DNA of 64,000 bases from NCBI GenBank assembly GCA_039931685.1, contig JBDTRK010000004.1:426-64425 (forward strand). The letters run 5' to 3'. The position numbers were made by a program, and so were the translations under genes. The DNA is from Betaproteobacteria bacterium (GTDB lineage Bacteria; Pseudomonadota; Gammaproteobacteria; Burkholderiales; JACQAP01). Below, piece after piece: positions 61,911 to 64,000 of the stretch. The notes below the pieces were generated by a model, which saw only the letters and a program-made list of their open reading frames with translations, was not told where the DNA came from and made no database searches. Position 1 is the first letter of the stretch; every line of letters begins with the position of its first letter.

Positions 61911-63452
61911 TCATTGTTTGGAATAGCCTTTGGATGTATGGCCGTACATCATTCCAATCGCCAGCCAGAGCAATGCCTGCTCGGGTCGCGGCACCAGGCT
62001 GCCGTCAGTGATATTGGAGACAAGAAGACTGAGTAATCCCGCTGTGGCGCCCTGAAAGAGTCCGCGTAGCGCGGGAACCAGGTGCGAATCGCGACCCAAT
62101 TTCCTGAATCCTCTCCAGACGTGGATGAAATAAGCGCACATCAGGACCAGACCGGCCACCCCCATGTCGAGCAGGGCCTGAAGATAGGCATTGTGCGGGT
62201 GCGTGGCCTGCAGGACGTTCGCCCCTCCTCCCGCGCGCATCGTTTCGGACCACATCATTGAGCCGAGGCCGCTGCCGTAGACCGGGCTGTGTGCCACTTC
62301 AGGAAGCAACGGAATCCACAGACCGTTGACGCGACCGGCGCTGATCGCGTTCAATCCTTCCCCCTCCCCGGTGGCTGCGCGATCGTAGACCGCACCGGGA
62401 AGCGCGAACAGCGCGATCACGGCCAGCAGTCCGAAAAGAATCAGCGTCTTTGCGCTGCGCCGCCAGATCAGAAAGTACGCGTTGACCACGATGAACCCGA
62501 CGAATGCGCCGCGCGAGAAGGTCAGCACCAGCGCCGTGACTGCCGGCAGCATGGTGGCCAGAAGCGCAAATCGGAATCCGGGCTCCTTCGTTTCGGCCCA
62601 CACAAAAAGCAGGAGGGCATACGCAAACACGAAAAGTCGCCCGAGGTCGTTGGCGTGCAAGCCGAGGGTCGACAGGAATTCGCGCGAATCGCTGCTCGCG
62701 AGTTGGCTGATCGAGATCCCGGACTGGACGACGAACACGATGACGATCAGGCCCATTGCCCAAATCGAGACCAGCGCGGGGATGAGAAATTTCTCCGGCT
62801 TCCCGGATTTCGACACGGCCGCCCCGACCAGCAACGCAAAGATCACCATTAGAATGGGCTTCATCACCATGTCGCGGACATATCCGGTGACGTTGTCGAA
62901 TTCGATCAACTCCAGAATGTGGAATGCCGGCGCGATTTCGAAGACATGCCGCGAGCCGATCACGCCAGCGGCCACTATGGGCGCGATGTATAACCAGACA
63001 AGCGGGCGCGGCAGAAAATTGCGCAGGCTCCCGTCAGATAGTGCGTGAAGCAGGCAGGAGCCGAGCGTGCCGATCAGAACCAGGTTCAGTGGATTGAGGC
63101 CGGTAATTCCGAGCATTGCGTGCGGAAATACGTAACTGTTTGAAATCGGCATAAACAGGATCAGCAGCACGACCCCGATGCGGAAATCGAGCAGGATGAA
63201 CGCGCAACCGATCAGCGAAACACACAGATACAAGGCGTTCAATCCGGCGAACGCGACGACACCCCCCCAAAGCACACCGAGCAGTGCTATGCCTGCCAGG
63301 GTGGACGCCTTGTGTGTGTATGGTTGCTCGGTCCAGGCCTGCCCCAGGACGCTATCGTCGCGAGGCGGGGCCTTGCTTCGCCGCCACCGGGCCGCCAGCC
63401 CGGAAAAAAACGATCGCTCCAGAGCCAGGGACATTCTGCTCGACCGCTTCAA
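61911..63452 (-). CDS. Wzy_C / O-antigen-ligase-like polytopic membrane protein
   Basis: 513 aa with more than 10 TM segments. Wzy_C-like region: LTFSRGAFVGFIVV...HPHNAYLQALLDMGVAGLVL. It sits next to the BY-kinase, as in exosortase-A-type EPS loci. Confidence 0.82.
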   Translation of the reverse strand: MKRSSRMSLALERSFFSGLAARWRRSKAPPRDDSVLGQAWTEQPYTHKASTLAGIALLGVLWGGVVAFAGLNALYLCVSLIGCAFILLDFRIGVVLLILFMPISNSYVFPHAMLGITGLNPLNLVLIGTLGSCLLHALSDGSLRNFLPRPLVWLYIAPIVAAGVIGSRHVFEIAPAFHILELIEFDNVTGYVRDMVMKPILMVIFALLVGAAVSKSGKPEKFLIPALVSIWAMGLIVIVFVVQSGISISQLASSDSREFLSTLGLHANDLGRLFVFAYALLLFVWAETKEPGFRFALLATMLPAVTALVLTFSRGAFVGFIVVNAYFLIWRRSAKTLILFGLLAVIALFALPGAVYDRAATGEGEGLNAISAGRVNGLWIPLLPEVAHSPVYGSGLGSMMWSETMRAGGGANVLQATHPHNAYLQALLDMGVAGLVLMCAYFIHVWRGFRKLGRDSHLVPALRGLFQGATAGLLSLLVSNITDGSLVPRPEQALLWLAIGMMYGHTSKGYSKQ

Positions 63453-64000
63453 TCAAATTGCATTGAAAACGGTGCCGACGACGCGCGTGCCCGTGTCGCT
63501 CAGGACCCGGATCGTGCTGGCCATATCCGCCATATTGGTGTGATCCTTGCGCGCCAGCACGATGGCGCTCCCGGCCCGAAAGGCCAGGCTTTGCGCGTCC
63601 GCGTACAGACTCGCTGGTGGCGTATCGAACAGGATGACGTCGAACTCGTTGTGCAATTCGCCCAGCAGCGCGGCGAGCGCGGGCCGCAACAGCAGTTCCT
63701 GCGGATTGGGCGGACACGCCCCGGCGGTCAACAGCGAAAGTGTGCCGAAATGCGGCACCGCCACCACAGCACCGCGATCGCCACGGCCCGACAACACGGC
63801 AGAAAGCCCGATCCGGTCGGCAACGTTGAAGATCCGATGCTGCCTCGGTTTGCGCAAGTCGGCGTCGATCAGCAGTGTGCGTTCGCCGAGCTGGGAAAAA
63901 GCCACGGCGAGGTTGGCGGCCACGTAGCTGCGCCCTTCGCCCGAGCCCGGGCTGACCACGGCCAGCATCCTTTGGCTGACCTTGGCATTGGACCATCTGA
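63453..64000 (-). CDS. BY-kinase (CpsD/EpsG-type chain-length-determinant tyrosine autokinase ATPase), 5' end outside the window
   Basis: Walker A-like VVSPGSGEGRSYVAANLA, then LLIDADLRKP and ILFDTPP. The reading frame stays open to the window edge upstream of the ATG at 63968, so the gene is partial. Confidence 0.8.
   Translation of the reverse strand, partial: RWSNAKVSQRMLAVVSPGSGEGRSYVAANLAVAFSQLGERTLLIDADLRKPRQHRIFNVADRIGLSAVLSGRGDRGAVVAVPHFGTLSLLTAGACPPNPQELLLRPALAALLGELHNEFDVILFDTPPASLYADAQSLAFRAGSAIVLARKDHTNMADMASTIRVLSDTGTRVVGTVFNAI

Noticed and set aside
57315-62030. Whether the lower-G+C cassette is a mobile element (IS, integron cassette or prophage remnant).
   Set aside because: I could see no transposase, integrase, recombinase, inverted terminal repeats, attC-like site or tRNA at its borders. 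Only the duplicated ligase 3' end is present, so it is reported as a recombination-acquired cassette rather than a mobile element.
1-64000. rRNA genes, tRNA genes, riboswitches (for example c-di-GMP or cobalamin) and prophage or defence-system genes (restriction-modification, Cas, reverse transcriptases, toxin-antitoxin pairs).
   Set aside because: Reading the intergenic regions and ORF translations on both strands turned up none. A covariance-model scan (tRNAscan-SE, Infernal) and a defence-system HMM scan would be needed to exclude them formally.

Overview
This is a 64-kb high-G+C segment (roughly 63-66% judged by eye, not computed), probably from a proteobacterial chromosome. I found no rRNA, tRNA, CRISPR array, transposase or integrase. 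All calls rest on reading the supplied ORF translations and the DNA; no database search was possible, so every family assignment needs HMM or BLAST confirmation. Start codons were re-picked by hand where the ORF-track start overlapped a neighbouring gene.

Left third (1-13.9 kb): a dense cluster of soluble signalling genes.
- A KaiC-like operon: small wHTH-like protein, KaiC-like double-RecA ATPase, hybrid kinase.
- A divergent CheY-like regulator, an RsbRD_N-type kinase and a GAF-GGDEF cyclase.
- A translationally coupled operon of an RsbT-like serine kinase, an RsbU_N-HisKA_3 kinase and a NarL-type regulator.
- A small general-stress islet (lmo0937-type peptide, DUF3185, ferritin-like protein, CsbD, Cys-repeat secreted protein) bracketed by two paralogous Crp/Fnr regulators.

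Centre (13.9-32.5 kb):
- An 8.7-kb cyclic beta-1,2-glucan synthase gene (NdvB/ChvB/Cgs type) whose 5' end is a 9-bp tandem repeat carrying four in-frame ATGs.
- An orphan ice-binding-like (DUF3494) lipoprotein.
- A second all-cytoplasmic phosphorelay cluster (24.7-30 kb).
- A secreted lipoprotein with a Pro/Thr linker.

Right half (32.7-64 kb): a large exopolysaccharide locus in two convergent operons. Its gene content resembles exosortase-A/PEP-CTERM-type EPS loci: BY-kinase, Wzy/O-antigen-ligase-like protein, Wzx-like flippase, four GT4 glycosyltransferases, AsnB-type amidotransferase, heparinase II/III-like protein, AlgD-type GDP-mannose dehydrogenase, polysaccharide lyase and a FemAB-like protein.

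Most notable observations:
1. A condensation-domain-free mini NRPS line heads the plus-strand EPS operon: Sfp-type PPTase, acyl-CoA-dehydrogenase-like enzyme, an A domain interrupted by an FkbM-type methyltransferase plus a T domain, and a TubC-docking thioesterase with a Cys nucleophile.
2. A roughly 4.6-kb lower-G+C cassette encoding a GtrA/GtrB/GT-C-like module is flanked by a direct duplication of the 3' end of the Wzy/ligase-like gene.
3. A C10 homopolymer lies inside a GT4 gene.
4. A methyltransferase has its catalytic core in a different reading frame from its ends.
5. A lipoprotein is built from three ~130-aa tandem repeats.
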